Shown piece by piece: positions 50,581 to 63,295 of a DNA stretch of 64,000 nucleotides (within the stretch, counting starts at the first letter, position 1; every line of letters starts with the position of its first letter). This DNA is from Antedon mediterranea (Eukaryota; Animalia; Echinodermata): assembly GCF_964355755.1 (NCBI RefSeq), contig NC_092676.1:9711888-9775887 (forward strand), given 5' to 3'. The translations under genes were made by a program, and so were the position numbers. Under the pieces are notes generated by a model. That model was not told the origin of the DNA. It saw nothing but the letters and a program-made list of their open reading frames with translations, and searched no databases.

Positions 50581-52250
50581 GGTGTCTGATTGATCATTTT
50601 GGCCGCCAGTCATTTCGGCCGCCGGTTATGGAATTGCCAAATTCATGAAACCCCAAAAAGGAAAAAATATGTATTGTTCATTTTGGCCGCCGCAATTGTA
50701 ATATTCTTGAATATGTATGACACGCCACGTGTGTTAAAATGTTAATAGTTTACTGATATTGTATTATTAAGCCGAATCGGCGGTCTTCAATTCCAGAAAC
50801 AGCAGCGATATTTCTGGTGTGCACATTGCCATCATTACAGTGAATATTATTTATTAATGATATTTTCAGCAAACATTGCACTCTAGGCCTACATTTATAA
50901 TGTAAGAATGTTTATTAAACCTAATACTTTTTTTTCCTCAATTTATCTTACAGGATGCCAAGAAGTATGTGTTTTTTTTTTAAATAAAGTGGTTTTGGGG
51001 TTTTCGTTTTATTTTGCAAATTGTATTATTTAATTGTCGGAAATTAATTTAGATATTTTATGAATTATTTACCAGTATTAATACTTCATTATTTATAATA
51101 ATATGCAGAAATAAGAAAAGTATAATAATATGCATACGATATAGAATGTACTGTAAATAATAAATCAAAACATTAAAACTAGTGTCTCTTATAAATACTT
51201 GGTATTTATCAGTTACTTGTTGTGAATGGTTATGGTAAGAAACTAGCCTAAATTAAGCATTATACAATCCAACTGTTAGACGCTTTTGGCGGCGGGATTG
51301 CCCGCTTTTCGATACATTAAAAACAATCTCATTTGCCTACTGATACGTAGCCCTATACCAGTTTTACTTTAAAATATATAGCTTTTATTTATATAGAAAA
51401 AACGTCACCATTTACCCTCTTCCATGGATATTTTGACAAACAAAAAACAATGCATCGTGCGTCATCGCATGTTTATTGACATTTAATATGAAGTGTGCAA
51501 AGAGAACCACATTATAATTATATTAAAAAAAGATAGACCTACTTGTCTAGCGCATAGTAACTGTTTAGCTTTGGATTTTTAGCCCGCCTTTAAAAAAAAA
51601 AAAATGTTATGATGAAATGGTTCCGACAATGACAAAGAAAAATCCCATCAGATATGTACGGTTATCGTTATCGGCGGTTTCAAAGATCATTTGTGTGTAC
51701 TAAGGTATTAAAACCAAGGCAATAATGTTTAATGAGCCTTGTAAAACTCATCCTAGGGCATTTTGTTTAGAAATTATGAATAAAACTTCCCTATCGCAAA
51801 ACTATCATTTGTTTTTAATAAGAAAGAGGTGCTGCTGAAGTTTTTTTATGTGCCAGTCAAAAACACTTTTATTCGTATGTTTTACATTTTAGAAACACAT
51901 TTTTACAAAGCACACGCATCTTCGGGACCTGTAAAAATAAAAAATAAATAAACATTTAATCATTATTCATATATTCAGACGGTAAAATAATATAAAAAAT
52001 GTATTTAGCCCATTGCACAACTGATCTCTGATTTAAATGACCATATAGTTCTCTGTGGTATTCCATAGACTTGGTAACATTATTTTTTTCACTGTAATAC
52101 TGTACAGTTATTATTGGCTATTTCAATTTGGCGCGCCATACATGGCGGCCGAAATGATCATGCCATATTTTGTCCTTTTTGGAGTTTCATAAATTTGGTT
52201 GTTCCATAACCGGCGGCCGAAATGATTGGCGGCTGAAATGCACTTTGACC
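50581..52250. mobile_element. GG...CC DNA transposon with CATTTCGGCCGCC subterminal repeats, 8-bp TSD
   Basis: Perfect TSD TGTATGGA (50573-50580; 52251-52258) and ~110-bp imperfect TIRs. Confidence 0.85.
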
Positions 52251-52609
52251 TGTATGGATTGGCATACTAGGCCTAGACCGGAAAATTAACTAAACTTTCA
52301 GAAATATTGAATAGTAATTTTAATTAATACGATACTAAAATCGAATTGGTTTATTCATACAAAAACATAGAGATACAGTACAGTATTATTTATTATAGTT
52401 CACTATAATCTCTAAAGTAGGCCTATATGTTATGGTTTATTTTTCACTGCAATGTCTCTTTCTATTCTGAAAAGTGAAAATATGCCTAGGCCTACTTGAG
52501 CTTAGGGCCTTGAGATTTATTTTAACATTTTTAGCGAGCAGTTTGGAAAATTTCTTAATGCAACCAATCTATCTTTATATTTCAGATTCAAATACTGTAA
52601 GTTTGTAAC

Positions 52610-55185
52610 ATGGGTAGAAGAAGAAATAAAAGCAATAAACGTAAACCAAAGCTTACATTTACAGACAGCCCTGAAAGCAATCCAATTAAGGCATTGTGTA
52701 GTCCTGTGTATGGTGCTGACCACCCAGTTGAAGCTGCTAGGATACAAGTTAATGACATTGATAATCCTCCTTGGGTAAGGCTTCTCATTTAGATAAGGTC
52801 ACGTTTTATTTTGGAGTGTAGGTAGTGTGTGAAAATATCAAATTTGGCTATTTTGTAATATGGAGCGAGTATATGTGGGTAGCATAAACTTACCTATGCT
52901 ACACTCACTGTATTCTAAATGACACAGAATAGAAACGATTCAGCACTATAAAAGCAAGCCTATATGCATCAGTTCATAAATCTATTTAATGTACGTGCAT
53001 TGCGTTTGCACAGATTATATTGGGGGTGAGTGGCCGAGCGGTTAAGACAGTGGAACCGTAATCACGTAGCCATAACATCGGCAGGGGTTCGAGGCTCACT
53101 CACTCCATGGTTCTGGTGGTAGAACGAGTCTTCTCGGATAAGGACTATAAACCGTAGGTCCAGTGTACACAACTTGCTCGTGTGCACTTTAAAGAACCTA
53201 GTACATCTTTCGAGACAAGTAGGGGGTTACCCCGGTGTATTAGTACATCACAGCCACTGATCACCAACTGGGCCCTCTGGGAGACCAGTCTTTGACTGAA
53301 GAGGTTACCCAGTATAAATATATCTTTCAATCAATCAATCAGGTGAGTGAATGGCCAAGCGATTAAGGCAGTGAAAACATAATACCTTGCCATATTAATA
53401 TATTATTAGATAATCGTTTAGTTATTAACGAAAGTAAAACTAAAGAAATTATTGTACTTTTTAAGAAAAATAAACTCGTTTAATGTTGACAACACAATAT
53501 TAAGTCTATTTTATAAGTCGGTCATGGAAAGTGTCTTAGTTTATGGTTTTGTCTGATATGGTTCAGTAGTTTTAGAAAATCAGACCTAAAGAATGTTCAA
53601 TGTTTAGTAGATAAGGCGTGCAGAATAACTAAACAGATTATTAGATTTGATGATGTTTGTAACGTCAAAATTTATGATAAGGTCATTGCCATAATGAAAG
53701 ATGAGAGTCATCCACTCTATAGTGATTTTCAATGGTTGAGAACTGGAAGGCGTTTGAAAACGCTTCCTTGATTCTTTTGTTCCGTACTCAATTAAACATT
53801 TTAATAATCGTTGTTAAGTCGTTGAATTTTGTTGCTATGTAATTTTATTGTATTAACCTTTTAACTTTGAGCAATTGTATGTCACATGAATTTCCATATG
53901 GACAAATAAAATGAACTACAGTATGAACTATGAACATCGGTAAGGATTCGAGTCTCACTCGCTCCATAGTTCTGGTGGTAGAACGAGTCTTCTAAACCGT
54001 AGGTCCAGTGTACACAGGCTCATGTCTACTTTAAATAATACATCTTTCGAGACTTAGTATAGACACAGCCACTGTCACACACAGACACTTAACAAACTCA
54101 TCAAGAGTTGGTTGTCAACATATACGGTTTAGGGTCACACTCTATAAGTAAGGTGAAATAAAATTTTACAAAAAGATCATATAATTCGACAAAGTGACGA
54201 ATTAAAAATCCTGTTAATATTTAAATTATAAACCCCATTAAATTAACTGTCCTGATGAGGACAGTAATCGACATTAAAAGAAGATGGTAGTAGAGTAAAC
54301 ACATTTTAACAGTAAGACAGAAATATTATGACCAAATTCTGGTAATCAGAAGTTAAAAATAAACAACATGTACAGGATAAAATACAAGATGATTTTATTT
54401 ATACACAAAATGAGTAATACACATCTCCACTATTATACTAACTACCAGGTTATAATGAAATTGACTAGACTACTGTAGGTACTGTACATTTTACCAAAGA
54501 TTTAGATTATTAATCATGGTTAGTCCAGTTAGTAGAAAATTGTTAAATCCACTTTTAGATATATTTCTGGACATAATTAATGTACCATGTGTGACATTGT
54601 TTTTTTTTCCAATTTTAAATTTCTTTTTGAAATATGCTTTATTTCCAGGTATCTCCCCAGTTTAGCTCACTTCATTTTACTCAGAAAAAGAAATGCAGAA
54701 GAAGAGGAAGAAAAATTGAAACTAGGAATGATGAAACTGTATGCCATAACAAAAAATTGCCAATTGATTCCAACAAATTTGGCAGGCTTCAATTTGAAAA
54801 TGAAGAAGAGGTTTGCATGAGCAAACAGTTTGGAAACAATCATAACATTGGACTAGAATTAACATTCAAGAAACGCTGTCGGAGAAAAACAACAAAAGGC
54901 AATTTATCGGATATAAGTGATGTAGAATTAAGTGATCAAGAAAATGAGGTAGATTATGTATCTAATACAGATTTAGATGATAACTATATCTCAGATTATT
55001 TGAATATTGATTATGACATTTTAAATGGTGAAGACTATACAAAACTAAAAGAAAATCATGAAAAGAAGGTGCTTGCGTATGATACGCCTGAACGAGATTA
55101 TGGAATGCATGTACATATCAGAAGACGACGGGATTTATTACCACCCTTTGCTAGACAGAAATTACTAGATGCTGTGATAAAATAG
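52610..55185 (+). CDS. RHNO1: RAD9-HUS1-RAD1 interacting nuclear orphan 1 (RHINO) ortholog, 233 aa
   Basis: Exons 52610-52774 and 54649-55185 join as PPW|VSPQF (human SWVSPDF). Also KPKLTFTDSP (human KAPLLFHQQP), NKFGRLQFEN (SKFPHLTFES) and VLAYDTPERDYGMHVHIRRRRDLL (VLVKDTPEDKYGIKVTWRRRQHLL). Human motifs are quoted from memory. Head-to-head with FoxM1. Confidence 0.88.
53023..53340 (+). mobile_element. tRNA-derived SINE with Deu/Nin-like core and (CAAT)n tail
   Basis: Box A TGGCCGAGCGG, box B GGTTCGAGGCTC, core GGATAAGGACTATAAACCGTAGGTCC...TTAAAGAACC...GTAGGGGGTTACCCCGGTG. A second copy at 53341-54090 is split by a LINE tail. Confidence 0.8.
53400..53935 (+). mobile_element. 3' fragment of a Rex1/CR1-clade LINE inserted in a SINE
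   Basis: KTKEIIV...FYKSVMESVL...HPLYSDFQWLRTGRR remnants, then AATAAA and a (TGAACTA)n tail. Confidence 0.65.
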
Positions 55186-55346
55186 TTATGAGATTGAGAA
55201 AGACAATGTATGTATGTATTTTATTATTAGTTCTGTTCTAAATTAGTTTGTAATTGTTTATCCTTGGTTTATTATAAAACAAAAGAGTATACTGTAAAAT
55301 GTAATTGGTTTATTTCAATACTCTAATAATATACACAACAGCTATA

Positions 55347-56620
55347 TCAATCAATCAATCAATCGTTTGATTTATATAGCGCCATTCCAACATTCATTGC
55401 TCATGGCGCTGTAAAAAAAAAATATCAGAAAAGGTGAGTTTTGAGTAGTGACTTAAAGTGACTCAATAATGACGTGTGTTTAATGTTCAAGGGTAGGTGG
55501 TTCCAGAGCCTAGGTCCAGCAACACTGAAAGTCCGATCTCCCCAACTATGTTCTCCTTGGAATGTCCAGTAGCACCTGATGACTAGATCTTAGTTCTCGC
55601 TTTCCCTTCCCAGGATCTTAAATTTAACACGTGACTCCATGGGTAGCCAATGTAACTCTTTGAACAATGGTGTGACGTGATCATACTTCTTGGCACACAT
55701 CACCAAGCGAGCTGCCCAATTTTGCACCTTCTGGAGAGTCCGCAACTGCTTCTTTGGCAGACCATACAGCAGGGAATTTCCCTGGCCGACTGGTAACAAA
55801 AGCATGTACAATCTGCTCTGTTGCACAATGGTTCAAGTAACGTCTGATCTTGGCGATGTTACATAAATGGAAAATAGCAGATCGGCAGATTTTGTTATGT
55901 GATTCCATGATCATTTTACAATCAAGTTGTACACCAAGGTTACGAACTTCTGATGATGGATTGACTAGTACGCCACCAATATGTAGGCCACCAAACCGGA
56001 TCTTTTTTCTCTGCTGAATAGAACCAAATGGGATCACCTCGGTCTTTTTATCATTTTAGCTTGAGGAAGTTGGAGCCCATCCATTTCCTAATCTCAGCAG
56101 TGCATGCTTCTAACCGTTTTACGGCGGACAGAAACTTGGTCTGGCAAGGCTTGACAGAAACGTAGATTTGTATATCATCTGCATAGAAATGATGACATAA
56201 TCCGTGTCTTCGTATTATTTCAGCAACTGGGGCAACATAGATGGAAAACAGCTGTGGTCCAAGCAACGAACCTTGTGGGACGCCACATAATAGAGGAAGG
56301 TCATCTAATGAAACATCACCAATGCAGACGGCCTGGGTTCTGTTCCTTAGATATGATGTGAACCAAGACAATGCTTGATCTCTTACCCCAATGTCATGTG
56401 ACAATCTATGAAGAAGCAGTGAGTGATCTACTGTGTCAAAAGCAGCCGATAAGTCTAGTAAAACTAGAATAACAAGTTCTTGATTATCTATTGATGTCAA
56501 AACGTCATTCTGAACACGTAGAAGCGCTGTCTCCACACTGTGGTTAGCTTTGTATGCTGATTGGTAAGCTTCATGGAGGTTGTGATTTGACATGCTTAGA
56601 GAGTCTAACTGCAACAACAC
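55347..56620 (-). mobile_element. 5'-truncated L2/Crack-clade LINE (frameshifted reverse transcriptase)
   Basis: QSAYKANHSVETALL, LLDLSAAFDTVDH, GVPQGSLLGP, FYADDIQIY, HVTPLFKELHWLP, and a (GATT)n 3' tail. Confidence 0.92.
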
Positions 56621-57006
56621 GCTATATATATATAATCGCATTCTATGCTAAGCTTTGTTCCCACTACGCAGAGACACAGACAATGTATCAACACAAAATG
56701 CTGTAAGAACATAACGTTGCGTGCTACAACTGGGAACAACACCCTTTTCAGCTATTTTGTGTAATGATTCAACTTGTTGTAAGGGGTATGGGGTTTGTAG
56801 GCAAATGATAGTTTCTTTTGTTGCATTGTTTGTGACTTGCAGCAGAATGTTTTCTGGTGGTTTTAGAGACCATACCAACATTTTAACTCTTTTAGCTGTT
56901 TATGCCATTAGCGAGGCTTTTTTGGTAAATCATACACTCCATTTATAGCAGTGTCTGCATCATAAACTACATTGAATTAATAATATATATAAAATGTTAT
57001 TGTAGT

Positions 57007-57126
57007 AAAACAAGGCCAACAGCCATAAGTCGCGTGCTAAAATGCATAGTGATACCGGACCGACAGACAGACCGACCGACCGACTGACATAGTGAACTAT
57101 AGAGTCGCGTCAACGCGACTAAAAAA
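57007..57126 (-). mobile_element. Short DINE-1/HINE-like element
   Basis: Hairpin TAGTCGCGTTGACGCGACT, (GGTC)n microsatellite, CACGCGACTTATGGC...GGCCTTGTT end. Confidence 0.6.
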
Positions 57127-57797
57127 GTGTAGTAAATACTGCAATAACTGCAGTATAATATTGTTGACACAATAACTTCATTTTTATCAATGCAATACAT
57201 TAAATACATTACAATAACTGTAATAAGATATATTTGGTGTGTACTACAATAAATAAAAACAAACTGAAGTATTTCTTCTCTCTAATTTTATTGTCAAATA
57301 TTTGTTCCACTTTAAAGAACAAATTTTTACATACATTTTCAAGGATCAATAGTATTAATTTTAATCAAATTGGTAGTACAGTATATAAGATACTCAGTCA
57401 ACAATTGAAAATTAAAAGCCATATTGAATGAAACCTAAATTTCCAGGCTATATTGAACTTAAATGTTAAAAAGAGTTGATGCCCAGTTGAGGGCGAAGTG
57501 TTTTAAATTTGAATGATACTATACAGTAGGAATACTTATGTCAACCTGGAACTAAACTCGGTTGAAAGTAGCTATGGTTGTGTAGTTGCACTATGTCTAC
57601 TTTCAAGAAACTGAATGGAAATGAAAAGACCCAGTGTGCAAGTGTTTGTTGATATTGAACTGATGATCACAGTTATCCATACCAGTACATATAACACGAT
57701 TTGAAGATTGCAGTTGTGTTAGTTCCATTCAGACGAGAAAAGTAGAACATGCTCAATGCAACTAAACTACACTTATGTTGACATTTTTTGTGCAACT

Positions 57798-58117
57798 GCA
57801 TTACTTAGCCACAGTTGCATTGCTTTGCCACAGTTGCATTACTTTGCCACAGTTGCATTACTTTGCCACAGTTGCATTGCTTTGCCACAGTTGCATTACT
57901 TAGCCACAGTTGCATTGCTTTGCCACAGTTGCATTGCTTTGCCACAGTTGCATTGCTTTGCCACAGTTGCATTACTTAGCCACAGTTGCATTGCTTTGCC
58001 ACAGTTGCATTGCTTTGCCACAGTTGCATTGCTTTGCCACAGTTGCATTGCTTTGCCACAGTTGCATTGCTTTGCCACAGTTGCATTGCTTTGCCACAGT
58101 TGCATTGCTTTCACAGT
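57798..58117. repeat. 19-bp minisatellite (CCACAGTTGCATTGCTTTG), ~17 copies
   Basis: Near-identical head-to-tail units with no spacers; a variant unit reads ...ATTACTTAG. It explains the 19-aa-period ORFs. Confidence 0.95.
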
Positions 58118-58985
58118 TCCGTGTCAATATTGTAAGCCCTTCTTTATGCTGGTTCTCACTAGGATGCAACGCTGGTCAACTCGCTTGCGTTGCATCCTGG
58201 TTTTAGGTCGGTGTCGGATTGCACATACTGTGCAGCATTAATGGCTTTTCATTTTCAGGATGGCTACACGACTATCGAGTAAAAACTAATTCTGCACATG
58301 CTCAGAAACACATGAGCATGCGTAGAACGATCTTCTTACTCGATTGGCACGTAGTCACCAGCGTGTCATGAAGAGGAAATCTATGTTAAAAAATAGTAAG
58401 TTATAAATACTTAAATTTTAAAATTATAAATAATTAAAAAAAATGTATGAAACTTATAAAAGTAAGCATGTGAATTTTACTACAGTAAATTGAAATAAAT
58501 GTTTCAATTATTTACTGGCATAAATTTTTTCTGTGTACATTTTCAGAAATGTATGTACAGTACTGTATACTGTATATACAATACTACACCACATACCCAA
58601 TTATTGAATTATGTCCCACCACCTTAATACATTACCAACTTCTTCTTTCCCACAATAGATGTTTATTCTATATAACAAGGTTGATAATGATCACAATATT
58701 ACTACTACAGTAATACTCAAATGTTATTTAACTACTTTTTAGAGAGGTCCCAAAGTTGTAAAAGTGAAATTTATTCATATTAAATTGGTATACAAGGCGC
58801 TCTCCGGATGTAGAAATACTTTGTGCATGATGTACTTCTAAAAAGCAGACTATATTACTGGTTATTTTATAGTGTAAAATGTTTCTTGTCACCGACACGA
58901 TGCAAAACATTTCTTGCAATTTGGAAAGACTTGAGACTTTCACTACACTACAACCACGTTCATCGAACCAGTACTTCATGTGACA

Positions 58986-61900
58986 TTATGAGTACATACC
59001 CGATGTACCACTGCCCATTAGTAGGAAGTACGTTGACGGTTTCAACTGAGCTTCCAGATCAACTTTCTGGAACTCCCGGATAAATGTGAAAAAGAATGAA
59101 AGGAATGCAAAAGCTAGGATCCATTCTGAAACCGTGCTGACAACATGCTCTGTATAACCCTGCAAAATAAAGAAAAACTATCAATAAAAAGTCTGCATCA
59201 TACACATAGATTGTCAACTCCAATGCAATCACAGCTAAATGAGTTGACATACATCACTCACATGACTGCATTGTCCAGTTGACTCTCTAGTAATTTACAG
59301 TAGTACAGTATCTCTACATGGTTTTATCCAAATTAATAAAAATAGTAAATAACAAATAATAAATAAGGTGTTGGCTTTACTCATAGGAGTGATAATCAGA
59401 CAGTGGCACTTTTACTTTTGTAGTAAAGACTTATTTCACATTTTCACCAAAGTTGGTTTGTACTTTTTGTAGTTAGTAGCTTCTTGTTTTTTTGTCTGTA
59501 ACTAGGAAAATTCTATGATACCGTGTATAATAATATATTAAATGTGACCAACTGTATCATAGAAACAATATGTCATTATGATAAAATTATTCATTCTAAA
59601 TTTAAGTTTCAATATTATCATATACAAAGCTATCTTCATTGTTTTCTACTCTTACTCTCTCCACCTTCTATTCACCAGCCGGTGCCTCCTTTGTTTTTTT
59701 TTCAGTCTACTCAGGCAGTGCTTGCTTTATATTCTCTATTGTCTAAGTACTCTAACATGCACTGATGAAGGGCTGTGTTGCCCAAAAGCTCTGCAAAATG
59801 TTTTCTGTGTTAATCGCTTTGATATAGCTTTTTGTTTATTTTATTTTGCATTTCCATTGAGATCCAGTCACTTATACACAGAGTATTTTGATTTATCTTT
59901 ATATCAACTAAATGTGTTCACTTACAGCATGATCTTTATCCCACTTTGTTTTATCAGGCAGGTCAGCATCCCATTTAGCATTAGCGAGTGAAGCAAACAC
60001 CATTGCTATACAAAACAGTTAAGTAGTGTTTAACAAATACATGTACTGTACATTAATGCATATTTATGAGTTGAATGGAGAGAATATTTCATTCATGTAT
60101 TCAAAAAATTAAAACACCCAATCGACTTGAATGGCAAACCGGTTATTTCTGTGCAACTATAGTTGCAATGCAAAATAACGGTTATTTGATTGACAGCTGC
60201 TGACCTTGAGTCAATTACACTACAATAACATTTGAATTGACCACTAGAGCCTAATGCATTTTTGGTAATGCTAACAATTGACCACTGATTTAAATTGTTA
60301 TGTAAAGAACAAAAATTTAGCAGAAAAGTAGATTTTAAATCTATTCTGAAATATACTATTTATTTGGCGCTAAGCACCAGAAACGGACCATTACCATAGG
60401 TGTATGTATATAAACTTTATATAACGCCTAAATAAATATATACTGTATATTCGGTGAATGATGAAAGGTAAAATTTCAACTTGACTTTGCCTCATTGAAA
60501 TATGACCTTTTTCATTCACCTCATGCCATTATTTGTACTTACTATTACACTCATAGACATTCACTAGTTGTATGATAATACCATGGAGCTATAACATTTT
60601 ATAGCTCCATGATAATACACAGTATATATTGTTTATATAGTTCTCATAGTAAATCAAAATGCACTAAAGCTTTGACACAGAGACATTGTGGATGTTTCAA
60701 TCAAAGGTTACTTGAGATAAATGCAGCAAGTGCTATCACAGATAGTATGCCTCGAACTCTGTAAGTTGTTTGTGTACAAAAGTGTGGATGGGTTCGGTAG
60801 GACACTGAAGTTTGTACAAAACAGTAAAGAGTTCCAAGTCCAAAGCAGCCAGTTGCACCTATCAGGTGAACAGTTATAACATTCAGTTCCTTGAAATAAA
60901 ATAAAAATGTAATTATTATAATAATATGCATGATCATCAGGCCAGCTGAAATAAATGATAGGGTTCTCATCATGTTTAATTTAATTGAAGATCGAAGGGG
61001 TTTGTTGTGAACGAAGAATGAAGGGCAATATATATGTTTTAACACTACAGCCAAACCATATTCAGGGGACAATCCAGTTTTGTGCCCCGAGAATTTCCTC
61101 TAAATAACCATATACTGGTGTACAGTACAAATAAAACACAAAGCTTCCTGGTGGATGTGTTCTAGTGTACCCTTAAAGTTTAAAGCATCTGTTCTATTGC
61201 CGTCTGATGGACTTCTTCAGTAGATGCCACCTAATAGATCTTTCTGTGTATCTATTCTAATTCATCCAGTGATCCAGTGATCATCTGTCCTAACTACTGG
61301 AAGATCTGTTGAGAATCTGTTATGGATCCACCTGGTGGACCTTCCTCTTACTCACACAATGAATCTGCTCTTGCAGGTTAAACGTTATAATAGTCACCCA
61401 TATTCTGTTCCAGCCCAACCACAGTGTAATTTAATATGTTCTCAGGTGTACAGTTCTGTTCTCCTTGAGAACATATGTATACTAACCTGAAAGTTTGCAA
61501 CCAGGCTCATTCCTAGAGCGGCACACGAGCCTAGAACGAGTGATAACCTATTCCACCTTCCACCAGAAGGAATAACTGAATCTTTTGTAGTTTCCTCAAC
61601 TTGTTTGTAACGTACATACATAGTAGCAAATGCTGGAATAAATAATTCAATTTACAGCGTGAATTTGTTAAATTGACATTTTTCTTTTTTTTACCCAATA
61701 TAAACCATAAACATAATAAAATGTATTTTAAAATAGTAACCTAAATTACATGTCAACAGTAAAGCCTGTAAACATTAAATAATACATATTTAAAGATGTA
61801 TTGTCCCTTTGACTAATTCCCAACAAATTTTTAAACAAATATTTTGAACAAATTCGGTCATTTTGAAGTATCATAATAGTTATTAACTTTCACCCAAAAT

Positions 61901-63035
61901 TATTCGAGAAAAAAAATTACAGACGTTTTTTTTGTTTAAAAAATAACTTTGACTTCCAGTCAAAGTTTTCGATCAAACGCGCTTGATTGGCTACTCTGTA
62001 TGCATAATCATAAAACTTCTTCGCGATCTGTGTGAAAACACCTTCTCAACCCTGACGAGTTGTAAACAATCCTAATTAGCATCAGGCATAATGCATACTC
62101 ATGGTTTGAAATCTTTGTTTACTTTCGCTTGTGACGATTTTCCAGACGAAATGTAATCAAACTAATTTAACTGTTAACGTAAACTTGTTGTTTTTGGCTC
62201 GAATTTTCTACTTAAAGTGAATAACTTTAATATTACTTTAATCATGGCCAATTTAAATTAAGAATATTTTGACCTTCATTTTTTTGTGTTTCAAGGGACA
62301 ATACATCTAATATTAATATTCACATGGGTGACATTATAGATTCATAAAAAGGATTAACTAAATGTATGACTTTACACCTGCAAAAATTACCAACTTGTAT
62401 TCAGGTTAATTTTGCATAGTATGAAGAGATTTCCCTTGAAAAAAACACGCCAATGATAGGCCTGTATTTTTTTCCCTAGATTTCTCCCGAGTTGTTACTG
62501 CATGCGCATGTATTGCGCTGGTATTAAACTGACCAATAATAGTAATCAAATGACGCGCAACTATGCTTTCTCATGGTTCGCGTATGTTTGTATTAAAACC
62601 AGTTGCTTATCTGGTACTTTCCCCTTTTTGTGAACAATGAACCTTTTTGTGGAAAAAACAACCCCCTTGTACAACCACTGCAACTTTCCTATGGTATGCT
62701 TTGAAGACAAGTTGTTCATTCTTAGAAAATGTATATTTATTATGTGAATTGAGTTGAATTACATATTAATCTTACCCAATGCTGCTGTCATATTTAAAAG
62801 TTGTCCAAATATGCAGCTTTCGGGTATGTATGTCCCTGTATCACTAAAAATTAAAAAAATTTTCAATATAAAGAAGCATTAAGAAACCATAAGAAACTGC
62901 AACTATAGACATTGTAAATGTGTTTTAATAAAAAGAGTCTTATATAATTAACATTCCGTTTAGATAAAACCAACATTGTACCTGATATATGGAAAGCCTG
63001 CATTCACATGACCAAGACTGACAGATATTGCATAC
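58986..63035 (-). CDS. DRAM2: DNA damage-regulated autophagy modulator (DRAM/TMEM150, Frag1/DRAM/Sfk1 family); first exon outside window
   Basis: Exons 63035-62982, 62843-62776, 61632-61487, 60889-60712, 60005-59926 and 59159-58986, in phase. Motifs FPYIS|DTGTYIPESCIFGQLLN, YVRYKQV, GMSLVANFQ, VHLIGA, HVVSTVSEW...TFIREFQK. Probably a DRAM1/2 co-ortholog. Confidence 0.88.
61794..62308. mobile_element. Kolobok-like MITE, copy 2 (inverted relative to 49431-49980)
   Basis: TTAA|AGATGTATTGTCCCTTT...AAGGGACAATACATCT|AA. The body is the reverse complement of copy 1. Confidence 0.8.
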
Positions 63036-63295
63036 CTTTAAAAAAATTAGTTATATTAATTATTGGCATAGTGTATATATAACTTTCTTTGAGAATTATT
63101 ATTAGTTATAATTATAATTATTATCATACTTGTTTGAATAAAAGCTTCCCTCGAATAAATGTCTCCATAGAACATTTTTGAATAAACGCCCCTTCCTGGG
63201 GCATATATTTCCTTGAATAAATGCCCACCACATGCATATATACACAATTATTGTATTACAACACATTTCTATTTGTAGTAGAATTCATTGATTGA

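Noticed and set aside
53023-53105. Possible tRNA genes (also ~26075-26149, minus)
   Set aside because: No complete cloverleaf; each head runs into a SINE core and simple-repeat tail.
54247-54275. Second hammerhead-like core CTGATGAGGAC
   Set aside because: No GAAA or proper stem II/III follows.
56648-56948. Short ORFs upstream of the LINE fragment
   Set aside because: No recognisable domain or splice context.
57756-58241. Cys/His-rich repetitive ORFs, or a CRISPR-like array
   Set aside because: Pure 19-bp tandem repeat with no unique spacers; the ORFs are its translation in several frames.
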